NCBI GenBank assembly: GCA_964566925.1
Contig: CAZMIZ010000004.1
Span: 35,951 to 99,950 of the forward strand
DNA from: an uncultured Gammaproteobacteria bacterium
GTDB lineage: Bacteria > Patescibacteriota > Microgenomatia > PFEM01 > DATLAM01
Direction of reading: 5' to 3'
Length of the DNA: 64,000 nt
Positions 39,291 to 48,591 of the stretch are shown here, one piece after another (the first letter of the stretch is position 1; each line of letters starts with the position of its first letter). Below the pieces are notes generated by a model. The model saw nothing but the letters and a program-made list of their open reading frames with translations, made no database searches and was not told where the DNA came from. The translations under genes were made by a program, and so were the position numbers.

Positions 39291-40792
39291 TCTTCGGTAT
39301 AATGACTCAATTTCATCACCGTAATCCCTCCGGGAGCAGGCCAACTGCCAACAATCTCGGCTCGGCCAAACCCGGCAATTTCCCAAAGGGAATGACCAAG
39401 AGGCTGGCAATCAGAAACCTCGCAGACTATCAAAAGCTGATCGGTAACCGTTTTTCTTTCAGGATCATTCTGGGGGTTTTCAATCACCACCGGCCGATTT
39501 CCCCAAATTTCTAAAAAATAGCGATAGGCATGATCAGAATTCTGCCTGGTTATAAGGGCAAAGTTAAAAGGCTCCCCATTAGCCTCCCTCAGAATGATGG
39601 CGGCAATCTTTTTTGTCTGATCAAGCTGGCGATTGGGAGTATAACGGAAAGGAACTCCCTTGAGATTGACGGCCACCAGAACAACTAAGAAAAGACTGGC
39701 CGCCATTCGACCTATTGATGATTTCGAAGAAGAAGAAAAGGTAAGACCGGCGAGTAGAAACGGCAGAGGAAACATAAACCCCAAATAGTAATCATAAATT
39801 CCTCTTTGATAAAAACCAAAAAGGCCAACGCCAAAAATTAACCACAAACCAAAAAGAGAAAGGGCTAGAAACCTCTTCTTTTTCCTTGAGGTTATCCAAA
39901 AAAAGATAAAAGTAGCGAGGGTAACCACCAAGGTTATTTGGGCAATGAAAACATAATTGTTGGTCATCAGGCGATTAAAAAGGCGAAAAAGAACATCGCT
40001 AATGGTTGGCCAAAACTGATCCGCCAAAAAACCTGTTTCTTCGCCGTAAAGAAAAAACTGGAAAAAGGTTTTAAAGTTGGGAAATTGATGGCGAAATTCA
40101 AATAAAAGAAAAGGAGACCAGCCGACCAAGAATCCTAGAATGCCTAGAAAATAATATTTTAGATTCTCAATCTTTCGGGTAAAAATCAGGAGATAAAGAA
40201 CAATTACCGGCACCAAAAAGGTGGCCAGATAGTGAAGCTGAAAGGCAATTCCCATTAAGAGACCCACCCCTCCCAGAAGTTTTAATTTTTTCCGAGCAAC
40301 CACCAGCCAAAGAAGATAAAGAGTTAAGAGACAGAAGAAAGGCATCAGGTTAGGATTCCACGAAGAACGGGAATAAGCAAGAATCACCGGCGGCAGAGCA
40401 TAAAGGCCAGCTGCCACTAAGCCTGTCAAGGGATTGAAAAAATCACGACCCACTTTCCAAACTAGGAAAACAGTCGCCACCCCAAAAAGAGCGACCATCA
40501 CCGCCGGCCCTACCGGATCAAGACGGAAAAGCCATAGAAAAGGAAGCATAAAATAGTAATAAATCGGTCCCAAGAAAAAACCGCCCACGCTGGCTGTCGG
40601 ACCAAGAAGAGTCAATTTATGGTCAACCAGAATTCTTTTAACCACTAAAACGTCCCGGCCCTCATCACCCAAAAAAGTCATGTAATCGGCAATCCGATAA
40701 AGGCGCAAAAAGGCAGCCACTCCCAAAATAGCTAACAAAATTGTTGCTTCAAGCTTGTTCTTTTTAAGCCAGCTAATTAATTTTTCCCTCAT
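39287..40792 (-). CDS. PMT_2/ArnT-like GT-C glycosyltransferase
   Basis: FLRLYRI..FLGDEGRD..LLGP..LGPIYYY and SRSSWNPN motifs. Confidence 0.85.
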   Translation of the reverse strand: MREKLISWLKKNKLEATILLAILGVAAFLRLYRIADYMTFLGDEGRDVLVVKRILVDHKLTLLGPTASVGGFFLGPIYYYFMLPFLWLFRLDPVGPAVMVALFGVATVFLVWKVGRDFFNPLTGLVAAGLYALPPVILAYSRSSWNPNLMPFFCLLTLYLLWLVVARKKLKLLGGVGLLMGIAFQLHYLATFLVPVIVLYLLIFTRKIENLKYYFLGILGFLVGWSPFLLFEFRHQFPNFKTFFQFFLYGEETGFLADQFWPTISDVLFRLFNRLMTNNYVFIAQITLVVTLATFIFFWITSRKKKRFLALSLFGLWLIFGVGLFGFYQRGIYDYYLGFMFPLPFLLAGLTFSSSSKSSIGRMAASLFLVVLVAVNLKGVPFRYTPNRQLDQTKKIAAIILREANGEPFNFALITRQNSDHAYRYFLEIWGNRPVVIENPQNDPERKTVTDQLLIVCEVSDCQPLGHSLWEIAGFGRAEIVGSWPAPGGITVMKLSHYTEE

Positions 40793-41490
40793 AACTTTCT
40801 TCTTAGCTTCATCAATTCAATCAGGCCGCTCAAGCCTACTTTCAAACTGGCTCCAGTTGCCCTGCCTGATTCCCGAGGATAATGATGAACTCCAATCTCT
40901 ACTATTTTAAAACCGGCTTTCTTAGCTTTAATTAAAAGCTCGCTAGAAATAAAAGGGCCCCTCTCTGATTCCAATCGGGGAATTCGATTAATCACCTCTC
41001 TGCTGATCAATTTAAAACCACAATCAATATCTCTTACTTTTAAACCAAATATCAAAGAAACAATCAACTCCCAAACTTTTGATGCCCAAATCCGATATTG
41101 AGGCACTGCTCTTTTTAAATAGTAACCAATTACTAAGTCGGCCTTTGTTTTCTTTTTGGTTTCCAGAAAGTTAGTAATTTCAGAAAAATCAAACTGGCCA
41201 TCAGCATCAATAAGAACAGTTAGGTCGTAAGAAGAATGATAAAGGCCGGATTTAACCGCCGCTCCATAACCCCGATTGGGAGTATGGGCAATCATTCGAA
41301 TCCGCTTCTCTTCGGCGATGAGTCTTTCCACTATCTCGCCAGTTTTGTCGGTTGAGCCATCATTAACCACAATAATCTCCCATTTCTGGGCCACATCAGG
41401 AAGGATTCTGGTTGCCCGGGTGACGGTTTTCTTAATATTGGCTTCTTCATTGTAGGCAGGAAAGAAAACCGAAAGTTCAGCAACCTTCAT
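40789..41490 (-). CDS. GT2 polyprenol-phosphate glycosyltransferase
   Basis: PAYNEEANI, NDGSTD, NRGYG, DADGQF and DIDCGFK motifs. Confidence 0.85.
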   Translation of the reverse strand: MKVAELSVFFPAYNEEANIKKTVTRATRILPDVAQKWEIIVVNDGSTDKTGEIVERLIAEEKRIRMIAHTPNRGYGAAVKSGLYHSSYDLTVLIDADGQFDFSEITNFLETKKKTKADLVIGYYLKRAVPQYRIWASKVWELIVSLIFGLKVRDIDCGFKLISREVINRIPRLESERGPFISSELLIKAKKAGFKIVEIGVHHYPRESGRATGASLKVGLSGLIELMKLRRKL

Positions 41491-41529
41491 GGCAGTTAAA
41501 GTATAACATACAGATAAGAATGAGCGGGA

Positions 41530-42735
41530 TTAGCTGATCTTTTTCTGGAGCCAACCGAAGAGTTTGGATTTTCTGGTTTTCCAAATAAAGGTGGTATAAG
41601 CAAAATAGTTCCAAATCAGGCCAAAACCAATTCCCATAATAAAGAAGAAGCGATAACCTTCATCTCCCCAGTATGGTTTTAAAACACCCGAAAAAAGACC
41701 ATCCATTAAGCCACCGAAAAACAAAGTACCTAATTCAATCGTTACTCCCTGAATAATAATCGCCCCGACCGAAGTTAAATTAAATTGGAAAAATTTAACT
41801 GGAACCTTTCTTAATGAGGTAATCCTTTTGGCCGCAAAAGTCCAGAAATTATTAAGAGTAAAGTTCGAGATAATCGCCATTTCCGCTCCCAACATCCCGG
41901 AAACCGAAGGCCGGAATCCTAAACGAACAAAAAGCTCCAGACCAATCGTGTTAACAATAAAACCAATAAAACCCACAATCGCGAATTTGATAAACTGAGC
42001 CGAGCGCTCAATTCTAATCTTGGTAGCATTAATCACCGTTTCAATAACGTCTTTGATAAACTGAAGATTAAAGCCAACTTTGGTTTCGCCTGCCCGACGC
42101 TCGCCATAGATAGCCGGAATCTCACAAAATTTGGCTCCGGTTTTAGACAGCTCATAAATCATTGTCGGCTGGATAACAAAACCTTTAACATTTAGCCGGC
42201 TAAAATTGACTTTTTCTAAAACCCCTTTAACCCGAATGGCTTTAAAGTTGCCGGCTAAATCTTTAACCTCTCTAATGCCGGCCCAATAGTGGTTAATCAA
42301 AGTGTTGGAAACAAAGTGAGTTAATTTTCGAAACCAGTCAAAATTATCCTCGCCGCCAGGAACATGGCGTGAAGGCACGACCACATCATAACCTTCTTCA
42401 ATTTTTTTGAGCATCTGGGGAATATATTTGGGGTGCCATTGAAAATCAGCATCATTAGGAATTACTACCTCGGCTTTTAATTTCTTGACTGCATATTGAT
42501 AGCCCTTAATCAAAGAGATGCCCAACCCCCGAGGGGTGAGAAGAAGAAAAAGGTTCTTTCTGGTTTTGGCCATCTTTTTAACCAAATCACCTGTCCCGTC
42601 AGGCGAATGACTATCCACCACTAAATTGATAAATTCATGCTGGGGTAATTTCTTGGCCAACTTCTCTAGATATACAACCATTGGCCTAATGTTTTCTTTC
42701 TCGTTGTAGGTAGAAAGAAGATGGACGATCCGCAT
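41530..42735 (-). CDS. DPM1-like polyprenol-phosphate mannosyltransferase fused to a C-terminal GtrA domain
   Basis: TYNEKENI, DSHSPDGT and DADFQWHP; C-terminal FIKFAIVG..SNFTLNNFWTF..WNY (GtrA). Confidence 0.85.
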   Translation of the reverse strand: MRIVHLLSTYNEKENIRPMVVYLEKLAKKLPQHEFINLVVDSHSPDGTGDLVKKMAKTRKNLFLLLTPRGLGISLIKGYQYAVKKLKAEVVIPNDADFQWHPKYIPQMLKKIEEGYDVVVPSRHVPGGEDNFDWFRKLTHFVSNTLINHYWAGIREVKDLAGNFKAIRVKGVLEKVNFSRLNVKGFVIQPTMIYELSKTGAKFCEIPAIYGERRAGETKVGFNLQFIKDVIETVINATKIRIERSAQFIKFAIVGFIGFIVNTIGLELFVRLGFRPSVSGMLGAEMAIISNFTLNNFWTFAAKRITSLRKVPVKFFQFNLTSVGAIIIQGVTIELGTLFFGGLMDGLFSGVLKPYWGDEGYRFFFIMGIGFGLIWNYFAYTTFIWKTRKSKLFGWLQKKIS

Positions 42736-42737
42736 TT

Positions 42738-43691
42738 TTAGACCCTTTCTCGCCAGTAGTCCAGCAAGTCTCTTAAGGTTTTTTCAAAAGGAATTCTTGG
42801 TTGCCAACCTGTCCTTTTTCTAAATTGAGAGTAGTTGCCCTCTAAAATAGGAACATCCGAAGGCCTCATCCGGGCCGGATCCTTTTTTACCTCAATTCTG
42901 GTTTTAGCCATACCGAGGAGCAAATTTAAAACTTCTTTAATGGTAATCGCTTTCCCGGAACAAAGATTGTAAACCTCACCCGGCTCCCCTTTCTGAACTG
43001 CCAATAAGTAGCCCCGGACAATGTCGCGAACGTCAGTAAAATCCCGCTTAGCCTCAAGGTTGCCGACCATCAGCACCGGCTTTTTCTTGCCTTTTTCGAT
43101 CTGGGCAATCTGCTTAGCAAAATTGGAACAGACAAAGGATTCTCCTCTTCTTGGCCCGGTGTGATTAAAAGCCCGGGTACGAATAATTTTCATTTGGTAG
43201 CTTTGAAAATATTGGTAGCCCAACATGTCCATCGCCACTTTGGAAACCGCGTAAGGCGAAAGTGGCCGAAGAGGGTTGGCTTCTTTAACCGGGATTTCAC
43301 TGGGTTTAATTAAGCCATACTCTTCCGAAGAACAGGCAATTTGAATTCTTGGTTTAATCTCTAGTTTTCTGACGGCTTCAAAAAGATGGACCGAACCGAT
43401 GAGGTTAATCTCCAAAGTATTGGCGGGGCTCGCCCAAGAAGTGGGGACAAAAGATTGGGCAGCCAGATGGAAAATAAAATCAGGCTTAACGGTGTGAATC
43501 ACCTCATAAACACTATGGGAATCTAAGATATCAGCGTCGAAAAGTTTTATTTTCTGGCTTAGATGGTCAATGTTTTCGGTTTTACTCCGAGGCCGGGCAG
43601 TACCGAAAACCTGATAACCATTCTTGAGCAGAAGTTCGCTTAGGTGGCTACCGGCAAAACCGGTGATGCCCGTAATTAAAACTTTTTTCAT
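42738..43691 (-). CDS. GDP-sugar SDR (Rmd-like reductase / GDP-mannose 4,6-dehydratase family)
   Basis: TGITGFAG, HLAAQSFV, SSEEYG, YAVSK and FNHTGP motifs. Confidence 0.8.
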   Translation of the reverse strand: MKKVLITGITGFAGSHLSELLLKNGYQVFGTARPRSKTENIDHLSQKIKLFDADILDSHSVYEVIHTVKPDFIFHLAAQSFVPTSWASPANTLEINLIGSVHLFEAVRKLEIKPRIQIACSSEEYGLIKPSEIPVKEANPLRPLSPYAVSKVAMDMLGYQYFQSYQMKIIRTRAFNHTGPRRGESFVCSNFAKQIAQIEKGKKKPVLMVGNLEAKRDFTDVRDIVRGYLLAVQKGEPGEVYNLCSGKAITIKEVLNLLLGMAKTRIEVKKDPARMRPSDVPILEGNYSQFRKRTGWQPRIPFEKTLRDLLDYWRERV

Positions 43692-44971
43692 CGACCAACT
43701 CCTTCGTAGATAAAGCCAAGTTTTTCTAACTTTTTTCGATTATAAACGTTTCTGCCATCAACTACAAGTGAAGTTTTCATTAATTTCTTGACTTTTTGGA
43801 AATCCAGTTCCTGATACTCCTTCCACTCTGTTACTAAAAGGAGTGCATTTGCTCCTTTCAGCGCTTGATAAGGGTCAGAAAAAAATCTCACCCCTTTTAA
43901 AATCTTTTTCGCTTCCGGAATGGCCGCCGGATCACAAGCCCGAACCTGAGCTCCTCTTTTCTTTAAGCCTTTAACTACGTAAATTGAGCGGGCGGCGCGC
44001 ATATCCGAAGTCTCCGGCTTAAAAGCAAGGCCTAAGACAGCCACTTTTTTACCTTTAATGGTTCCGCCACAAAGTCGAACGGCTTTTCCAAGAAAATAAT
44101 CAATTTGGGCCTGATTAGCTGCCTGAACCGCTTTTAAAATTTGAAAATCATATTTTTCTCTAGCGGCCAACCTAATCAGGGCTTCAACGTCTTTAGGGAA
44201 ACAAGCCCCACCATAACCAAGTCCGGCTCTAAGAAAATCAGGACCCACTCTTTTATCCATTCCTAAACCTGCCATCACCTTATTAACATCCGCCCCAAAA
44301 CGATCGCAAAGAACTGCAATGGCGTTAGCAAATGAGATCTTAGTAGGCAAAAAGGCATTGGCCGCATATTTAATCATTTGGGCGCTGGCCGGATCGCAAA
44401 TCAATCTTTTTCCTGGAAGCTTCTGGTGTAACTTGAGCAATTCCTTGGCCACCGAATTCTTGTTAGTACCAATAATCACCCGATAAGGATTTAAGGTGTC
44501 TTCGATTGCCCTACCTTCAGCCAAAAATTCTGGCACTGAAGCAAGCTCAAAATTCGATCGCGTATGTTTTTTTATCCATTTTTCAAGCTCTTGGTTAATA
44601 CCTGGAGGAACGGTACTTTTAAGAACAATAATCGCTGGCTTCTTAAGGTTCTCGGCAATCGATTTCGTTGCCGAATAAACAAAATTTAAATCGATTTCGC
44701 CGTTTTTATTAGGAGTGCCCACACAAACAAAAATTACCTCCGCTCCAGGGATAGCTTCTCGATAATGACTGGTAAATTTAAGCCGGTTCGCTTTAAGATT
44801 CTTGGTAATTAACTTTTCCAACCCAGGCTCGTAAAAAGGGACTTTTCCTTGAGAAAGTTTTTTTATCTTTTGACGATCAATCTCCACTACCCAAACTTGA
44901 TGGCCAAGATCAGCAAAAACCCCAGCGGTGACTAAACCAACAAAACCAGCGCCAATGACCGCTAAATTCAT
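43688..44971 (-). CDS. ugd: UDP-glucose/GDP-mannose 6-dehydrogenase
   Basis: GAGFVG, VGTP, KSTVPPG, PEFL, GYGGACFPKD and GLAFKP motifs. Confidence 0.9.
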   Translation of the reverse strand: MNLAVIGAGFVGLVTAGVFADLGHQVWVVEIDRQKIKKLSQGKVPFYEPGLEKLITKNLKANRLKFTSHYREAIPGAEVIFVCVGTPNKNGEIDLNFVYSATKSIAENLKKPAIIVLKSTVPPGINQELEKWIKKHTRSNFELASVPEFLAEGRAIEDTLNPYRVIIGTNKNSVAKELLKLHQKLPGKRLICDPASAQMIKYAANAFLPTKISFANAIAVLCDRFGADVNKVMAGLGMDKRVGPDFLRAGLGYGGACFPKDVEALIRLAAREKYDFQILKAVQAANQAQIDYFLGKAVRLCGGTIKGKKVAVLGLAFKPETSDMRAARSIYVVKGLKKRGAQVRACDPAAIPEAKKILKGVRFFSDPYQALKGANALLLVTEWKEYQELDFQKVKKLMKTSLVVDGRNVYNRKKLEKLGFIYEGVGR

Positions 44972-45378
44972 TCAGCTTTTTTTAAATATTCTATTAACTC
45001 TTTAATATCATAAGCGATGTAATCAAAAAAACCAGCTAGCCATTCCGAAACCTTTCCTTCCTCTCCAACCCTAGTTTCTTCAACCTTTAACCCGTAAATC
45101 TTTTTACCTAATCCTTTAGCGTAACCTGCTTCTAAATACGCGCCCCGGGTGTCAGACAAAATAGCAATTAAAAATTCGCAGTCCCTAATCATTCTCAACT
45201 CTTTCTCCAATGTCAGTTTTTCTGATTTTTTTTGGTTTTCTTGGGGCAAGAAAACATCGAGGCCATTTTCGATTAATTTTTGAGCAATCTTCTTATTCCT
45301 TAATAATTTTTTTCGGGAAAAGGAGTATCCGTCTAGTCTTTTGGTAGAGGCCATCGGGCTTGCTAGGTAAATAGCCAT
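44968..45378 (-). CDS. Nucleoside 2-deoxyribosyltransferase-like protein
   Basis: IYLASP..VFLPQE..D...GAYLEAGYAKGLGK. Confidence 0.7.
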   Translation of the reverse strand: MAIYLASPMASTKRLDGYSFSRKKLLRNKKIAQKLIENGLDVFLPQENQKKSEKLTLEKELRMIRDCEFLIAILSDTRGAYLEAGYAKGLGKKIYGLKVEETRVGEEGKVSEWLAGFFDYIAYDIKELIEYLKKAE

Positions 45379-45485
45379 AGTTTATTTTTTAAGTCTCTAT
45401 AGAGATCCTTCTCTTATACTATATTAATGAAAAAATCACAAAAAAGCCAATAGATTAATGATCGTAAAAATGATAAACTAGGCTC

Positions 45486-46160
45486 ATGAGAATTGATATT
45501 CTAACTCTTTTCCCAAAAATGTTCAACGGCCCGTTTGCGGAGTCCATTATTAAAATAGCCCAAGAAAAAGGCCTGGTCGCCATCAGAATCCATAACTTAC
45601 GGAAATGGGCTAAAGATAAACGCCGAACCATTGACGAGCGGCCTTTTGGTGGGGGGATAGGCATGGTTTTAATGATTGAACCCATTGATCAAGCCTTAAA
45701 GGAACTTCGCCGAAAAAATTCAAAGGTAATCTTGCTCACTCCCCAAGGTAAACCCTTCAATCAAAAAACAGCCCAGAAATTAGCTAAATTAAAACATCTG
45801 ATTTTGATCTGCGGCCATTATGAGGGTGTTGATGAGCGGGTTCGCGAACACCTAGTTGACGAAGAAATCTCAATTGGCGATTACGTTTTAACCGGCGGTG
45901 AGCTGCCGGCAATGGTGGTGGCCGATACAATTAGTCGTCTTATCCCTGGAGTCCTAGAAAAACCCGAAGCAACCAAGAACGAAAGCTTTCAAACCCCAAC
46001 CCTTGAATACCCCCAATACACCCGGCCCGCGAACTTTAAAGGCTGGCAAGTGCCGAAGATTTTGCTTTCTGGCGATCATCAAAAAATTAAAGAATGGCGA
46101 AAAGAGAAGGCGCTAAAACGAACCAAGCAACGCCGTCCCGACCTCCTTAAAAACTTTTAG
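45486..46160 (+). CDS. trmD: tRNA (guanine37-N1)-methyltransferase
   Basis: [31 protein letters not shown] and YPQYTRP motifs. Confidence 0.97.
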   Translation: MRIDILTLFPKMFNGPFAESIIKIAQEKGLVAIRIHNLRKWAKDKRRTIDERPFGGGIGMVLMIEPIDQALKELRRKNSKVILLTPQGKPFNQKTAQKLAKLKHLILICGHYEGVDERVREHLVDEEISIGDYVLTGGELPAMVVADTISRLIPGVLEKPEATKNESFQTPTLEYPQYTRPANFKGWQVPKILLSGDHQKIKEWRKEKALKRTKQRRPDLLKNF

Positions 46161-47038
46161 CCGCTTGGTTGTTCTTTGATTAATTGAAGTGCTTCCTTAA
46201 CGGTTTTCATCTTAATCCCCAGCTCTTTTTGAACCTTTTGATTAGAAAGACCCATATTAAATCCCCGCGGACGGGAGGTGGTTTTTAGAAACTCTACCAG
46301 GCTCCCCTTCTCTATCTTTTTTTTATCAAAACCAAAAACTTCCGCTATTTCACCAGCTAATTCATAAGGGCTAAGGACGGTAGAACCCACCAGATGGTAA
46401 ATCCCCGTTGGCCTTTTCTGGAGAAAAACATCTAAAGCATCCACTAGATCATCAATAAAAGTCGGGGTAATTTTCTGATCAGCAAACATCGGAGGCAAAG
46501 AATCTTCTTCGAATCTTTCAATAATCTTCCTGACCAGATCTTTTTTAGATTTAAATTCGGCTCGAAACGGGAAAGCGATCCTGGTAATAGCAAACTTCGC
46601 TCCAGAATCCCCGACCGCTTTTTCAGCCCATAATTTTGTCTGGCCATACCACTCAATTGGTTTAGGCTTATCCTCTTCGGTATAAGGTGATTCTTTCTTA
46701 CCATCGAAAACGTAATCAGTGGAAATATGGATTAAATACTTTCCGGATTGAGCACAGAGCTGAGCCATATTCTTGGTGCCGATAACGTTAACTTGATAAC
46801 AAGGCCCCTTCTTATCGCCCTGCTGCTCCCAGGCCCGATCAACGTCGGTAAAAGCCGCCAAATGAATAACTGCTTCGGCTTCACTTTCTTTAATCTTTTT
46901 TTCAATTTGATCAACTTGGGTGAGATCAACACCTGTTTCTAGGCTTAAATCCAAAAAGTCATATTTATCGGCCAGAAGCTCAACGATCCGGGAGCCCACT
47001 AAGCCAGAAAGGCCGGTGCCAATGATTTTCAACTTCAT
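46157..47038 (-). CDS. rmlD: dTDP-4-dehydrorhamnose reductase
   Basis: [25 protein letters not shown] and YGQTK motifs. Confidence 0.9.
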   Translation of the reverse strand: MKLKIIGTGLSGLVGSRIVELLADKYDFLDLSLETGVDLTQVDQIEKKIKESEAEAVIHLAAFTDVDRAWEQQGDKKGPCYQVNVIGTKNMAQLCAQSGKYLIHISTDYVFDGKKESPYTEEDKPKPIEWYGQTKLWAEKAVGDSGAKFAITRIAFPFRAEFKSKKDLVRKIIERFEEDSLPPMFADQKITPTFIDDLVDALDVFLQKRPTGIYHLVGSTVLSPYELAGEIAEVFGFDKKKIEKGSLVEFLKTTSRPRGFNMGLSNQKVQKELGIKMKTVKEALQLIKEQPSG

Positions 47039-47589
47039 GAAGCTTTTTTTACTTTATCCCAACTGAAAGTTTTTCCGTTAAGAGAAGAGACGGGAATTTT
47101 ATCAAAGGCAATTCTTCCTTCCTCTTTGGGATTATATTCTAGACTAGGGTGATTGACTAACTCGGCGTCACCTGGGCCGGGCGCCATGATCCCATGATAA
47201 ACCCCCGGGGGGATAATAATAGTAAAAACTTTTTGTTCCTTTTTTTCTCTTACACCCTGATCCGCTCCTTTAACCTCAACCACTTCTAATCTCCCCTCAG
47301 TTGGAGAATCCTTCCTCGTGTCCAAAAGGAGAATCCACATCACTCCCCGAACGACTGTCATTCGGTCAAATTGTTCCTGATGAAAGTGATATTGATCCGA
47401 ATCCTTAGCTTGACCTTCTCGGACAAGAGAGGTATAAGCATAGGCACCTTTGGCCCCTTCTTTAGACTGAGCAAAAGTCTCCACTAGATAGCCACGCTCG
47501 TCATAAAAAATTGTTCGTTCGATCGCCCTCACCTCTTTAATTTTTATTTCGGTTGGCGAACTTAACTGGATAAATTTATTTTCTTCCAT
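47035..47589 (-). CDS. rmlC: dTDP-4-dehydrorhamnose 3,5-epimerase-like cupin (divergent)
   Basis: DERGYLVE, HFH, DTRKDSPT and IPPGVYHG motifs; lies between rmlB and rmlD. Confidence 0.75.
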   Translation of the reverse strand: MEENKFIQLSSPTEIKIKEVRAIERTIFYDERGYLVETFAQSKEGAKGAYAYTSLVREGQAKDSDQYHFHQEQFDRMTVVRGVMWILLLDTRKDSPTEGRLEVVEVKGADQGVREKKEQKVFTIIIPPGVYHGIMAPGPGDAELVNHPSLEYNPKEEGRIAFDKIPVSSLNGKTFSWDKVKKAS

Positions 47590-48589
47590 ACTGCCTCTGA
47601 TAATACTGCTGATATTCTCCGCTTTTAATTTTTTTCCACCAAGCTTTATTCTCCTGGTACCACTTAATTGTCCTCACCAGATAATCATTAAAATGACGTT
47701 GGGGTTGATAGCCTAATTCTTTTTGGGCTTTAGACCAATCAATGGCGTAACGACGATCGTGACCGGGCCGGTCTTTAACGAATTTTATCATTGTTTCCTT
47801 TTTCCCTAAAATCTTAATAATTTTTTTAATCACCGCCAGATTGGTGATGTCTTTAGTCAACCCACCAAGACAATAGGTTTCCCCAGGCTTGCCTTTTGCT
47901 AAAACCAGATCTATTCCCCGACAGTGATCTTTAACATAGAGCCAATCCCGAACATAAAGACCGTCACCGTAAATTGGCACCTTTTTCCCTTCTAAAAGAT
48001 TGGTCACCGCCAAAGGAATTAATTTTTCCGGAAATTGATAGGGACCATAGTTATTAGCCGTGTTGGTAATCGTAATCGGTAAACCATAGGTGGTGAAATA
48101 GGCCCTGACCAAATGATCGGAGGCGGCTTTACTAGCCGAATAGGGGTTCCGGGGATTGTAGGAAGTCGTTTCTGAAAATTTTTCTTTTGAGTTAAGTTGC
48201 AAGCTACCAAAAACCTCATCGGTGGAAACGTGGTGAAACCTTTTAACCTTTCTTTTAAGGGCTTTATCTAAAAGGACTTGAGTCCCAACGACATTGGTCA
48301 TAATAAAATCGGCCGGATTGAGAATCGACCGATCAACATGGGTTTCGGCAGCGAAATGAACAATCACCTCAACTCCTGCCAGCGCCTGATCAACAGCTTT
48401 AGGATGACAAATATCGCCCTTGATAAAAGAATAATTAGGCTTACTCTCAACCTCTTTGAGACTGGCGAGATTGCCCGCGTAGGTCAGTTTGTCAAAATTA
48501 ACCAATTGGTCTTTAGGGTGATGTTTCAACCAATAATGAATGAAATTTGAGCCAATAAAACCAGCCCCGCCAGTGACTAATAGTTTCAT
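47576..48589 (-). CDS. rmlB: dTDP-glucose 4,6-dehydratase
   Basis: GGAGFIGSNF, DKLTYAGN, HVDRSI, STDEV, YSASKA and DRPGHDRRY motifs. Confidence 0.95.
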   Translation of the reverse strand: MKLLVTGGAGFIGSNFIHYWLKHHPKDQLVNFDKLTYAGNLASLKEVESKPNYSFIKGDICHPKAVDQALAGVEVIVHFAAETHVDRSILNPADFIMTNVVGTQVLLDKALKRKVKRFHHVSTDEVFGSLQLNSKEKFSETTSYNPRNPYSASKAASDHLVRAYFTTYGLPITITNTANNYGPYQFPEKLIPLAVTNLLEGKKVPIYGDGLYVRDWLYVKDHCRGIDLVLAKGKPGETYCLGGLTKDITNLAVIKKIIKILGKKETMIKFVKDRPGHDRRYAIDWSKAQKELGYQPQRHFNDYLVRTIKWYQENKAWWKKIKSGEYQQYYQRQYGRK

Positions 48590-48591
48590 TT

